In this document: piece by piece, positions 1-10,300 of the stretch | How the letters are laid out: each line of letters starts with the position of its first letter | Numbering within the stretch: position 1 is the stretch's first letter | Assembly (NCBI GenBank): GCA_963754655.1 | Contig: CAVWGN010000001.1 | Coordinates: forward strand, 128,001-192,000 | Reading direction: 5' to 3' | DNA length: 64,000 bases | Origin: an uncultured Chlamydiae bacterium | GTDB taxonomy: Bacteria; Chlamydiota; Chlamydiia; Chlamydiales; Parachlamydiaceae | Program-made: the position numbers and the translations under genes | The notes under the pieces: model-generated | Seen by the model: the letters and a program-made list of their open reading frames with translations, nothing else | What the model was told of the DNA's origin: nothing | The model's database searches: none

Positions 1-1
1 T

Positions 2-457
2 TGGCTGCACAGTTATAAATCTCAAACATCTTTTGATGCCCACCTTTATTTCAAAAATATCGAGGCTGTAAACTTAGCTGGCAAAGGAATAGTGAGAGCT
101 GACAAAGAAATTAAAAGTAATAGTTTAACCATCAAAGTTAGCGGCGCTGGAAAAGTAAATTTAGCTTTGGAAACTGAACATTTGACTACAAGTATCAACG
201 GATCTGCCAAATATCGCTTAACAGGAAAAGCAACTAATCAAAATGTCCAAATCAGCGGCAGTGGTTTATATAACGCTTCTCAATTGATCAGTCAGTATAC
301 AGTCATCGATATACGCGGCTCTGGACAAGCTGATGTCAATGTTCAAACCCAACTTAATGTAATCATTACTGGTAAAGGTTTAGTGCGTTATGTTGGTAAA
401 CCCCAAATAACGAAAGAAATTTTTGGCTCTGGAGACATTGAGGAGCTACCACAATAA
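2..457 (+). CDS. GIN/DUF2807-type beta-solenoid protein (5'-partial)
   Basis: The frame is open from base 2. Repeating I-x-GSG motifs (VSGAG, INGSA, ISGSG, IRGSG, IFGSG) are typical of DUF2807. Confidence 0.8.
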   Translation, partial: WLHSYKSQTSFDAHLYFKNIEAVNLAGKGIVRADKEIKSNSLTIKVSGAGKVNLALETEHLTTSINGSAKYRLTGKATNQNVQISGSGLYNASQLISQYTVIDIRGSGQADVNVQTQLNVIITGKGLVRYVGKPQITKEIFGSGDIEELPQ

Positions 458-492
458 TCTCATCCTAGTGGACCATAACCGTAGGTGCTTAG

Positions 493-527
493 GCTAAGCG
501 GCGCGGCGACTGAATGCGTCGCTTAGC
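493..527. repeat. GC-rich intergenic hairpin, related to 7315..7345
   Basis: GCTAAGCG...CGCTTAGC stem; the core AAGCGGCGCGGCGA(C/A)TGAA(T/G)GCGT recurs at ~7318. Confidence 0.55.
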
Positions 528-617
528 ATAAGAATCATTTTAAATACTCGATATCGCTATAAATTCTATCGTTTGGTTTAATGATAATTGGAAAATTGGA
601 AAATCGGAGAACTGCCA

Positions 618-1808
618 ATGCCCTTTTTCAATGAGATTCCCCAATTGCCAGATGATCCCATTTTAGGGCTGCCGATCGCTTTTGCAGCAGATCCTCGCCC
701 CAATAAAATCAATTTGGGGATTGGAGCTTATAAAACAGCTGAAGGACAACCCCTTGTTTTAAACAGCGTCAGAAAAGCAGAAAGTCTATTAATACAAAAA
801 CATCTCCCCAAAGAATATTTACCTATTGAGGGTGATGCAGCCTTTCTTCGCTATGCACTTCAGCTCTTGTTGGGAACAGACTCTTCTCTTTTGCAATCAG
901 GTCGATTTTTTGCTGCCCAAACAGTGGGTGGAGCGAGTGCTTTACGCATAGGAGGCGAATTTTTAGCCAAACTTATCAGCAAAACAATTTTTTTGTCTCA
1001 ACCTTCTTGGTCCAACCACAAATCAATATTTGAAAAATCTGGACTTAATGTGGGAAGCTATCCCTATTTCAATCTCACAACTCGCCTTTTCGATTATCAG
1101 GGAATGTCGGAAGCCATTAAAAATATGCCTCCTGCAAGCGTTATTCTCCTTCATGGATGTTGCCATAATCCAACAGGAATTGATCCTACAGTTGAGCAAT
1201 GGAAAGACCTCTCGGATTTAATTAAAAAGCAAAAGTTGATTCCTTTTTTTGATATTGCCTATCAAGGATTTGGACATGGTCTTGACGAAGATGCTTGGCC
1301 GATTCGTCATTTTATCAATGAAGAACATGAAATGTTGATTGCCTATTCTTTTTCCAAAAATTTTGGCCTTTATGGAGAACGAGTAGGATTTTTAACAGTG
1401 ATTTGTTCTCAAGCAGATCGTGTTCCTCAGATAGGAAGTCAAATTAAACATTTAATTCGGGGAAATTATTCCAATCCTCCTTTGCATGGAGCACGCATTG
1501 TTTCTACCATTTTAAAATCACATGAATTAACTTTAGAATGGAAAGCAGAATTAAGCAATATGTGCGAAAGAGTCAAAGAAATGCGTAAAGCTTTGATTGC
1601 CGCCTTACTTGTCCATGGACAAGATCGCAATTTTGCCTATATGCATCAGCAAAATGGGCTATTTTCTTTTTCAGGGCTTAATCCCGATCAAGTTCAAACT
1701 TTACGCAAAGAAAAAGCCATTTACATGCCAAGCAACGGGCGCATCAACATTGCCGGACTCAATACGCAAAATGTCTCCTATGTAGCTGAAGCGCTTTTGA
1801 GCGTGTAA
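618..1808 (+). CDS. aspC: Aspartate/aromatic amino acid aminotransferase (class I PLP)
   Basis: KINLGIGAYK, CCHNPTGID, DIAYQGFG, SFSKNFGLYGERVG (PLP lysine), GRINIAG. ATG at 618 preferred over TTG at 588. Confidence 0.92.
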   Translation: MPFFNEIPQLPDDPILGLPIAFAADPRPNKINLGIGAYKTAEGQPLVLNSVRKAESLLIQKHLPKEYLPIEGDAAFLRYALQLLLGTDSSLLQSGRFFAAQTVGGASALRIGGEFLAKLISKTIFLSQPSWSNHKSIFEKSGLNVGSYPYFNLTTRLFDYQGMSEAIKNMPPASVILLHGCCHNPTGIDPTVEQWKDLSDLIKKQKLIPFFDIAYQGFGHGLDEDAWPIRHFINEEHEMLIAYSFSKNFGLYGERVGFLTVICSQADRVPQIGSQIKHLIRGNYSNPPLHGARIVSTILKSHELTLEWKAELSNMCERVKEMRKALIAALLVHGQDRNFAYMHQQNGLFSFSGLNPDQVQTLRKEKAIYMPSNGRINIAGLNTQNVSYVAEALLSV

Positions 1809-1836
1809 AAACTCATGTCAATTATAAGGTCCTGTT

Positions 1837-3027
1837 GTGCAAAAAAAATTTATTCTTACTTATCTCATCATTTTCATCACTTTTTTAACTATCATGAGTT
1901 TATCGCGTCATAGCAACGATAAAATACGCGGTCAGTCAGTTGCTCTCATGGCTCCTTTATGGGAGAAAATCCTTAACTTTAAATATTTTATTTTTCATCC
2001 TACCTCTCCTTCCCCTTTTTCTCACTTATCTATTGAAGAAGAAAAGCAACGTTTGCAAATGCAAAATCAATTACTTGAAAATGAAATTTCCTATTTGCAA
2101 AAACAACTCCATGAAAAACTTCTCATTTCTTCTCAAATTGCACAAATTGCTGCTTTTAGTCCACAAGAAGAGCAGGGATTAATCACGGAGTATCAAAAAT
2201 CCTTGCAGAGCTCTCTTAACATGATGAAAAGACGCATACAGTCTGTACCTGCCCGTGTGATTTTCCGTTCCTTTGATACATGGAATAGTTCTTTATGGAT
2301 TAATGTGGGAGAATCTTCTAATCAGGCTGACCAAATGCCAATCGTCGCTCTCAATAGCCCTGTCGTAGTAGGACGGGCCATTATAGGAATTATTGATTAT
2401 GTGGGTCGATCTCAATCACGCGTGCGCTTAATTAGTGATAGTCGTTTAACGCCTTCTGTTCGTGCAGCACGCGGCGGAGAGCAAGATTTTTTAATCAGTG
2501 AGCAAATTGAAGCATTAGTGCAACACATGAACCATCACAAAGGAGAGCTTCTTTCTTCTGAGGATCAAACACAGCTTACCCAACTTCTTAAACAGCTTAA
2601 GCAAAATTTACAGCCTTTAAAGAAAACTTGGTATCTAGCCAAAGGAGAGCTTTTGGGTAGCTCTTTCTCTGCACGCTTAGGACAAAATATCTATCTTAAA
2701 GGAACAGGATTTAATTATGATTTTGCCGATGAAGAAGGTCCTAGTCGAGATCTGCGTAATGGTAAACCCTTGCAGCAGCCCCAAGCAGAAGCACTATCCA
2801 TTTTAAAAGTTAACGATATCTTAGTCACAACTGGAATGGATGGCGTTTTTCAACCTGGATTTCAAGTGGCCATTGTGACTCACGTTGCTTTATTAAAAGA
2901 GGGAGATTACTTTTATGATTTAGAGGCTCGGCCTATTGCGGGTCCCTTGGAAGAGCTGACCTTAGTTTTTGTCTTGCCGCCCCTTAAAGAAGAAAAAGCA
3001 TTTGACTCCGAATACCCCCCAAGCTAA
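1837..3027 (+). CDS. mreC: Rod shape-determining protein MreC
   Basis: N-terminal TM helix, coiled coil, ARVIFR...LWINVG, SRVRLISD, DILVTTGMDGVF.PG. Confidence 0.85.
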   Translation: MQKKFILTYLIIFITFLTIMSLSRHSNDKIRGQSVALMAPLWEKILNFKYFIFHPTSPSPFSHLSIEEEKQRLQMQNQLLENEISYLQKQLHEKLLISSQIAQIAAFSPQEEQGLITEYQKSLQSSLNMMKRRIQSVPARVIFRSFDTWNSSLWINVGESSNQADQMPIVALNSPVVVGRAIIGIIDYVGRSQSRVRLISDSRLTPSVRAARGGEQDFLISEQIEALVQHMNHHKGELLSSEDQTQLTQLLKQLKQNLQPLKKTWYLAKGELLGSSFSARLGQNIYLKGTGFNYDFADEEGPSRDLRNGKPLQQPQAEALSILKVNDILVTTGMDGVFQPGFQVAIVTHVALLKEGDYFYDLEARPIAGPLEELTLVFVLPPLKEEKAFDSEYPPS

Positions 3028-3060
3028 GATAGCCACTCTATCAATTGTCTAATAAAGTGT

Positions 3061-3993
3061 ATGCATCCTTCCATTGGCATTGTCATTCCGACCTTTCAAG
3101 CTGCCAAGCATTTGCCTCACTGTTTGCCGCCGCTTTTGCATTCTCCCTTAAAGCCCCGCCTATTGATTATTGACTCTTCATCAACAGATAATACAGTGAA
3201 AATTGCCCGCTCAATGGGCGCTGAAACGCTCATCATTCCCCAAAGTGAATTTAATCACGGGAAAACGCGTGAAAAAGGCAGACAATACTTAAACACATCG
3301 ATTGTGGTCATGGTCACACAAGATGCCTATGCGACTTCTATTCATATGTTAGAGCATCTTGTTAAACCGCTTCTTGAGCATCAAGCCTCAATTGCTTATG
3401 CCCGTCAATTGCCTCATCGAAATGCCAGTGTTTTTGCTTCTTTTGCTCGTTGCTTTAATTATCCGCCTCTTAGCCACATCCGCAGCCTTCAAGATATTCA
3501 GACTTACGGAATTTACACTTTTTTTTGCTCGAACTCCTGCGCCGCCTATCTTAACAAGGCTCTCGATGAAATCGACGGCTTTCCTTCCGTTTTATTTGGA
3601 GAGGATACCGTTGTTGTCGCCAAACTTTTGCACCGTCAGCATCGCATTGCCTACGTGGCTGAAGCCGAAGTTTACCATTCTCATGACTACACTCTTAAGC
3701 AAGAATTTTGCCGTCATTTTGACATTGGCTTAGCTCGACGAACTTATCAAGATCTTCTCACCATCGGCGGCTCGGATAACCAAAGAGGGAAAGCTTATGC
3801 TCGAGCGATCTTAAAAAAATTATGGCAAACATCTCCTTTGCAAATTCCTTATGCTATTCTGCAAATCTTAGCGAAATGGAGCGGCTACCGCTTAGGACAA
3901 GCAAGTTTCAAATCTTCTCCTAAATGGAAAAAATTTTTTAGCAGTCAAAAATCTTATTGGAAAACGCATGCGAAGAAGTCAAACTATCCCTAA
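3061..3993 (+). CDS. Glycosyltransferase family 2 (rhamnosyltransferase-like)
   Basis: IVIPT, IIDSSSTDNT, FNHGKTR, TQDA, AYARQLP, GED, VYHSH. Confidence 0.88.
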   Translation: MHPSIGIVIPTFQAAKHLPHCLPPLLHSPLKPRLLIIDSSSTDNTVKIARSMGAETLIIPQSEFNHGKTREKGRQYLNTSIVVMVTQDAYATSIHMLEHLVKPLLEHQASIAYARQLPHRNASVFASFARCFNYPPLSHIRSLQDIQTYGIYTFFCSNSCAAYLNKALDEIDGFPSVLFGEDTVVVAKLLHRQHRIAYVAEAEVYHSHDYTLKQEFCRHFDIGLARRTYQDLLTIGGSDNQRGKAYARAILKKLWQTSPLQIPYAILQILAKWSGYRLGQASFKSSPKWKKFFSSQKSYWKTHAKKSNYP

Positions 3994-4106
3994 ACTTTAA
4001 TAAGCCTGACTCTTTTTGCAAACATCATCCATTTTAATAATTAATTTTATCATATGAATTTTTAATGTGATTTGATATTATGTTTGTTTATTAATAAAAT
4101 AATAGG

Positions 4107-6239
4107 TTGATGATGATAGATAATGCTCTTCCTTTTATAGAGGAAAATGCTGGTTATTGGCCGCGCATGAATGCTACAAAAGTGGTCCACTGTTTGAAAT
4201 CAGCTGCGATCCTTTCTACCTTAGCAGTGAGTCTATTAGGTTCTGCTTATTTAGCGTATACGAATCCCCGCAAGTGGATATTGACAACAGCTTCTGTCCT
4301 GCTAGTCAATTTATATGCATTGCCCAAGATTTTGCATTATGGCAATGCAACAATGATTAAATTTGGCTTGATAGCGAATTTAATTGCTTTGAGCACTTTA
4401 TCACTTGGGGGACTGGGAGTAGCGAACTTTAATGCCATGCAATTGCTGTGGACTTCCGTTAAAACTTGCAATTTTAAAGGCATGCTTTTTACCTCCTTCT
4501 TGGTGACTGGTATGCTCGGTTATGGTGTGCCTCTATTTCGAGGGGCGCTAGAAAAAGCCTATCATTTTTTGCAGGATCCTCATTTACAAGAACGCTTTGA
4601 ATCGTTAAGAGAACAATTTCATGCAAGAGCAGAGGTGGGATTGGGACTCATGCAGGGTGGTTTGCAAGAAAATTTTCTCCTTCATATTGCTCTTTTTCAA
4701 CCGCGGCTTCTCTTAGATTTTTGTCAACTATTTGAAATCGCCCTTCCCAATTATGCCTGGCCACTGGTGGCAGCAGCTTCTGATAAGATAGAGGTGGACC
4801 AATTTAATCATTTACTTACAGAGTTAGAGAATGTCTCAAATTTAGTCAATTTTCAAAGACATCCCTTATCTGATACCATGCAAGCCACTTATTATCTAAG
4901 CTTAAAATTAGCCCTCAGATCTTTAAAACAGTCCGATTTGCCTGTTGCCCTTTCTTCACTTTTACCACGTGGAGCTAAGCTTATTCCCAACATCATTTCT
5001 AACAAACAATTTTTGGAACTGTTTACAGAAGATGCGTTAACTGCCACAAATGAAGCCCTTGAGAACTTTTTAGAGTTAATGGATGGTTGGGAAGAGTTGA
5101 GCAAAGAGCAGGATGCTTTGAGTGTGGATATTCAACAACTTGAGCAAGATATTCAAAATCAAAATCTACAGAAAATGACCTCTGAAGAGGAAGAAATTTT
5201 TTTTCAACGCCAAAAAGATGTGCAGCAGCAGTTTACTGAATTGCGTACACAGATAGAAAAAATTTATTTCCAGAAACGCCTCTGGCAAGATTTCGCTCCT
5301 TTGTGGGATAAAGAGACCGACATCCCCTTTGAAAGGACGGCAGAATTTTTAGATATTTTGCATAATCAAAATTTATTGAAAGAGATTGAAGATATTTATT
5401 ATACAATGATTGCAAATGGGCAAGGGGGCAATCGAACTTTAATCGATCGCATGCAATACATTAAAAACAAGCTTGTTACTCTTCATGGAGATGAAGAGGA
5501 AGAAGAAGTTGTTTCTTCTATCATGTATTTAGCGGCCAACAGAAATTTTGTCCAAAAAGATTTTGAAGATTTACAAGAATGGCTCCATTTAGATTCTCCG
5601 CATGATTTAGAAGATGCCTTGGCTGAAATGGGATTAGCAACAGAAAAAGATCTTTATGAAAATGACATCTTGCCACATCAAGGTGTCATTCCTAAATCAA
5701 CTATCCTGACGAATCTTCGTCAATTTATTGAAAAAGCGCCTCAGCCTAAACTAACAGATCGGGTAAAACCGCAAGCGATAATGAATCCAGCGGCGCCTGC
5801 CTATAAAGTCGCAGAAAAAGTGACTCGGTTCATTTTTTATGCCATGACTTCTGGACTCATTTTAGTTCCCATTCTGATTAAACCCATTGCGGGTGGAATA
5901 GGTTTTGTCTTAGGAACATGTTTCTTTATCCTGCGACGATTTGGCGTTCCTGGTACAGAAGCGTTTGCCGATTTTAGTTATAATTTTATAAATGATCTTC
6001 CCTTTGGAAGCTTTATACACTCGCTTTTGGCCCGTCGCATCTTTTCTATTAATCGCGACCGCAGAGACCAAGCCAATCAATTCGTTAATAGCGATTTCTT
6101 TGCACGCATGAGAATCATTAATTTTCAGGTGGGTCTTTCTCTTTTTATGTCTTATTTTAGTATAAGATTTGAGGAGCCAATATGTGGAAGCTTCTTTCAA
6201 GGAGTTGCCATTGCAGACGAGGCTTTAAGCCTGTTTTAG
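4107..6239 (+). CDS. Hypothetical membrane protein with a central coiled coil
   Basis: 710-aa ORF with hydrophobic hairpins near both termini, a Q/E-rich coiled coil and an AT-rich upstream region. Confidence 0.65.
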   Translation: MMMIDNALPFIEENAGYWPRMNATKVVHCLKSAAILSTLAVSLLGSAYLAYTNPRKWILTTASVLLVNLYALPKILHYGNATMIKFGLIANLIALSTLSLGGLGVANFNAMQLLWTSVKTCNFKGMLFTSFLVTGMLGYGVPLFRGALEKAYHFLQDPHLQERFESLREQFHARAEVGLGLMQGGLQENFLLHIALFQPRLLLDFCQLFEIALPNYAWPLVAAASDKIEVDQFNHLLTELENVSNLVNFQRHPLSDTMQATYYLSLKLALRSLKQSDLPVALSSLLPRGAKLIPNIISNKQFLELFTEDALTATNEALENFLELMDGWEELSKEQDALSVDIQQLEQDIQNQNLQKMTSEEEEIFFQRQKDVQQQFTELRTQIEKIYFQKRLWQDFAPLWDKETDIPFERTAEFLDILHNQNLLKEIEDIYYTMIANGQGGNRTLIDRMQYIKNKLVTLHGDEEEEEVVSSIMYLAANRNFVQKDFEDLQEWLHLDSPHDLEDALAEMGLATEKDLYENDILPHQGVIPKSTILTNLRQFIEKAPQPKLTDRVKPQAIMNPAAPAYKVAEKVTRFIFYAMTSGLILVPILIKPIAGGIGFVLGTCFFILRRFGVPGTEAFADFSYNFINDLPFGSFIHSLLARRIFSINRDRRDQANQFVNSDFFARMRIINFQVGLSLFMSYFSIRFEEPICGSFFQGVAIADEALSLF

Positions 6240-6265
6240 GGTTGGGCGTATCTTAAAAGTGGTCA

Positions 6266-7069
6266 TTACCATTTAACAAGAGGAGGCATCGAACAGAGAA
6301 TAGCTTCTGGGTTTCCACCCGATTGAAAGCCAAAGCGCGTTCCACGATCATAAAGCAAGTTAAATTCCACATAATGGGCCCGAACATGTAATTGTTGCTC
6401 GCGCTCTACGTCTGTATAAGGTTGATGAATGCGTCTTTGATAGATGGGCAAAAGGGCTTGTAAAAATGAATGGCCGACCGCTTTCCAAAGATTTAAATCT
6501 TGTTCAAAATTTCCTGTATTGAGAGAGTCAAAAAAAAGCCCTCCCACGCCTCTTTCTTTTTGCCGATGCGGAATATAAAAATACTCGCGCGCATGTTGCG
6601 AAAAATTTTCGTAAATATCTGGTCCAAAAGGAGTCAGAGCTTTTTTCGCTTCTACATGAAAATGGAAGGTATCTTCTTCATACGCAAATCCCATAGGAGT
6701 TAAGTCATATCCTCCGCCAAACCAAGATTTTTCTTGCGTTTCAATAAAACGGATATTGAAATGGGCTGTGGGGGCATGTGGATTGGCCATATGTGTGATC
6801 AAACTCACACCAGTTGCAAAAAAGGGACCTTTTCCATCAGCCATTGGAAAATCAGGCCCTCCAACTCCCGACCAATTGACAGCCGCCTTTTCAAATACTT
6901 GGCCCCTTAATACCGCCATTTCTCCTCCTCCCTCATGTCGATATTCCCAAGGTTGCCGAACAAAACGCTGCGAGGATTCAAATTGCTCAAAAGCAGTTAT
7001 CATTTCTTCTCGCAAATTTTTAAGAAATTGAATGATCTCACTTCGTTGTGAATGGGGAAAAGTTGCCAT
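6266..7069 (-). CDS. hemF: Oxygen-dependent coproporphyrinogen III oxidase
   Basis: FEKAAVNWS, ATGVSL, HFNIRF, WFGGGYDLTP, RGVGGLFFD, YVEFNLLYDRGTRFG, ILCSMPP. Confidence 0.95.
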   Translation of the reverse strand: MATFPHSQRSEIIQFLKNLREEMITAFEQFESSQRFVRQPWEYRHEGGGEMAVLRGQVFEKAAVNWSGVGGPDFPMADGKGPFFATGVSLITHMANPHAPTAHFNIRFIETQEKSWFGGGYDLTPMGFAYEEDTFHFHVEAKKALTPFGPDIYENFSQHAREYFYIPHRQKERGVGGLFFDSLNTGNFEQDLNLWKAVGHSFLQALLPIYQRRIHQPYTDVEREQQLHVRAHYVEFNLLYDRGTRFGFQSGGNPEAILCSMPPLVKW

Positions 7070-7372
7070 ACGTCCTCAAGCGATTGGAATTGATTGATTT
7101 CGTCCTTACACGACTCAAGTAAATTGGATCATCCCCAGGTCTCTACTTCGCTCCGATCTGAGCTGTAACATAAAGGCCCTTCAGGCCTAAACAAATTTTA
7201 TGACTTTGCCCTTTTTTATATAAAGCTTTTAATTTCAAAATAAAAAAGGTCCAAATTATAGAAACCGAAGGGCGACCGAAGATGAGTCCACAACCCCTCA
7301 CATAAGAACCCAGAGCGAAGCGGCGCGGCGAATGAAGGCGTTCGCATCACCTAGTGCCGACTATCAAAAAAC

Positions 7373-10300
7373 TCATGATTCATCACGGGCCTTGATCATC
7401 ACTTGAGCCGGAACAGAGACATTTCCAAATTGGTCGACAGAAACGATAAAATAGGTATAGGTTTTTCCTTCTTTGCGATTATGATCTTTAAAACGCAAAC
7501 GCTCTTTAGCTGAAATCTCGGCAATCAATTTAGTGAGACTCCGATCTCGATAAATTTTATAAGCAACAATAGGAGTTCCCTTGTTTGGCGCCTTCCATAC
7601 CAAGATATTGACAATGTCTCTTTGCGTTGCAAATATATTGGTTCTTTGAAATCCTTTCAGATGAGTAGGTGGAAAAGCGGTGATCACAGTGAGAACAACG
7701 ACAGAAGAAGCAGAGGGACAATAGGCGCTGTCTCCACTATAAGCAGCCGAAAGTGCTTGATTGCCGACAGCTAAAGAAGAAAGAGTAAAAACAGCAGTCC
7801 CATTCACCAAGGGAGCAGTTCCCAGAACAGAGTCTCCGTCCAAGAAGGTTACAATTCCGGTCGCAGTAGAAGGTGTCACCGTTGCAGTTAACGTCACTGG
7901 CTGGCCTAAAGGAGTAGGATTAGGGGATACAGTGAGCATCGTCCTTGTGGTTTGTTGATAGGTAAATCCATCAGCAGCTGAAGTTAGGGAAGTCCCGCCG
8001 CAGGTTATGACTGTGACATCGACTGTTCCTATCCCTAGAGGGGAAGTAGCGGTTATTTGGGTATCACTGTTGACCACAAAGGGTGCAGCAGTAGAGCCAA
8101 AATAAACAGTTGAGACTCCAGTAAAGTTTGCGCCAGTGATCGTCACAGTTGTTCCGCCTGTTGCACAACCAGCAGAGGGATTGAGGCTTGCCACAGTGGG
8201 AGTTGGAACGTAAGTGAATTGGCTAGCAGCTGAAGGTTCGGAAGGCCCGCCCGGTGCTGTGACAGTGATATTGGCTGTTCCGGCTGTCCCTGAAGGTGAA
8301 ACGGCGATAATTTGGGTATCATTGTTGATTATCAGAAAAGAAGCGGCATTAAAACCAAAATCAACAGCTGTCGCATTAGTAAAATTCTGACCCGTGAGGA
8401 TCACACTGGTTCCTCCGCTCGTCGGTCCGCAAGTGGAGGAAATTGCTGTGATAACTGGAGTGCCTATTTCAAACTTGGAAATAAACGCATTCCCATTAAA
8501 TATGCTTGCACGCGAGGTCTGGAATGCACCGGCTGTGGTTGGAAAGTTGGTGGAGTTGGTAAATCCCGTCACATAGGCACTACCACTGCTGTCCACGGCA
8601 ATGCCATACCCTTCATCAAGAAGACTGCCACCCAAATAGCTCGAGTAACTAAGCGCGGTTCCTCCAGAGTTTAGCTTTGTAATAAACGCATCATAAAAAC
8701 CTGAAATCGATGTTTGGAATGCATCCGTTGTGGTTGGAAAATCTGAGGAACGAGTATTTCCTGTCACATAAGCGCTACCGCTGTTGTCCACGGCAATACC
8801 AAAACCTAGATCATTCCCGCCACCCAAGTAAGTTGAGTAGCTAAGCGCGCTTTCTCCAGGGATTAACTTTGTAATAAAGGCATTTTGGCCACCTTTAAGC
8901 GATGTTTGAAATGCATTCATTGTGATTGGAAAGTTTAAGGAGTTGGTAGCTCCCGTCACATAGGCGCTGCCGCTGCTGTCCACGGTAATGCCATTCCCTA
9001 TATCAGCACCATTGCCACCCAAATAGGTCGAATAGCTAAGCGCGATTTCTCCAGGGATCAACTTTGTAATAAAGGCATCAGTAATACCTAAAAGCGTTTT
9101 TTGGAAGGCATCCGTTGTGGTTGGAAAGTTTGAAGAGTTGGTAGCTCCCGTCACATAGGCGGTGCCGCTGCTGTCCACGGCGATGCCATTCCCCGAATCA
9201 GTTCCATTGCCACCCAAATAGGTCGAGTAGCTAAGTGCATTTTCTCCAGGGATTAGCTTTGTAATAAACGCATTCTGACTTGCGTTTGCTGCAAGCGATG
9301 GCTGGAACGCATCCGTTGTGGTTGGAAAGTTTGAAGAGGATGTGAATCCCGTTACATAGGTATTGCCGCCGCTGTCTACGGCAATGCCATTCCCTTGATC
9401 AACTCCATTGCCACCCAAATAGGTCGAGTAGCTAAGGGCAGTTCCTCCAGGGTTTAGCTTTGTAATAAAGGCATTCTGAGTTGCGTTCATTGCAAGCGAT
9501 GTCTGGAATGCATCCGCTGTGAGTGGAAAGTTTGAGGATTGGGTATTTCCCGTCACATAGGCACTGCCACTGCTGTCCACGGCAATGCCATTCCCTTGAT
9601 CCATTCCATTGCCACCCAAATAGGTCGAGTAGCTAAGTGCGGTTCCTCCAGGATTTAACTTTGTAATAAAGGCATTCCTCCTACTACTTGTAAGCGAAGC
9701 CTGGTAGGCACCCGTTGTAGTTGGAAAGTTTAAGGATTCGGTATATCCTGTCACATAGGCGCTGCCACTGCTGTCCACCGCAATGCCCATCCCTATCTCA
9801 CTACCGCCTCCACCCAAATAGGTCGAGTAGGCTAAGACCGGATCAATAACTAAAGTTTGATTCCGATCATACTTTCCAAGCAAAAATCCCACCTCATTTT
9901 GCGCCAATAAGACAAACTGTCCCTCAATAGCGATTTGATTTTCTCCCATCATTTGATAAACAAAGGGTTTTTGCATTTGCACTTCTTGCTGATCTTCTAA
10001 AACGAGATGCAAATGTCCGCTTTCATCAATTGAGAGCTCTTTTGCACCTTCGATATGAAGGCGAACATGTTGGGGATCTTGGCCGGGAGCTACGAGGATG
10101 TCATATTCTAGCTGCCTTGCGTTGCCATAAAAGAGAGCATCAATACCAGAATATAAATCTTGATAAGAGACTTTGGCATAATGGGGGATGTTGGTCAGCC
10201 ATTTCTCCGGTTGATTTCCAATAAAATAATTGCTTTTGGATGGCTGTTCATCGATTCCCGTGATCAGGGGATTGACTTGGGCTCCTACAAATTGGATTTT

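Noticed and set aside
8470..9835. Diversity-generating retroelement template/variable repeats
   Set aside because: These are in-frame protein repeats, I saw no adenine-specific mismatch pattern, and no reverse transcriptase is in the window.
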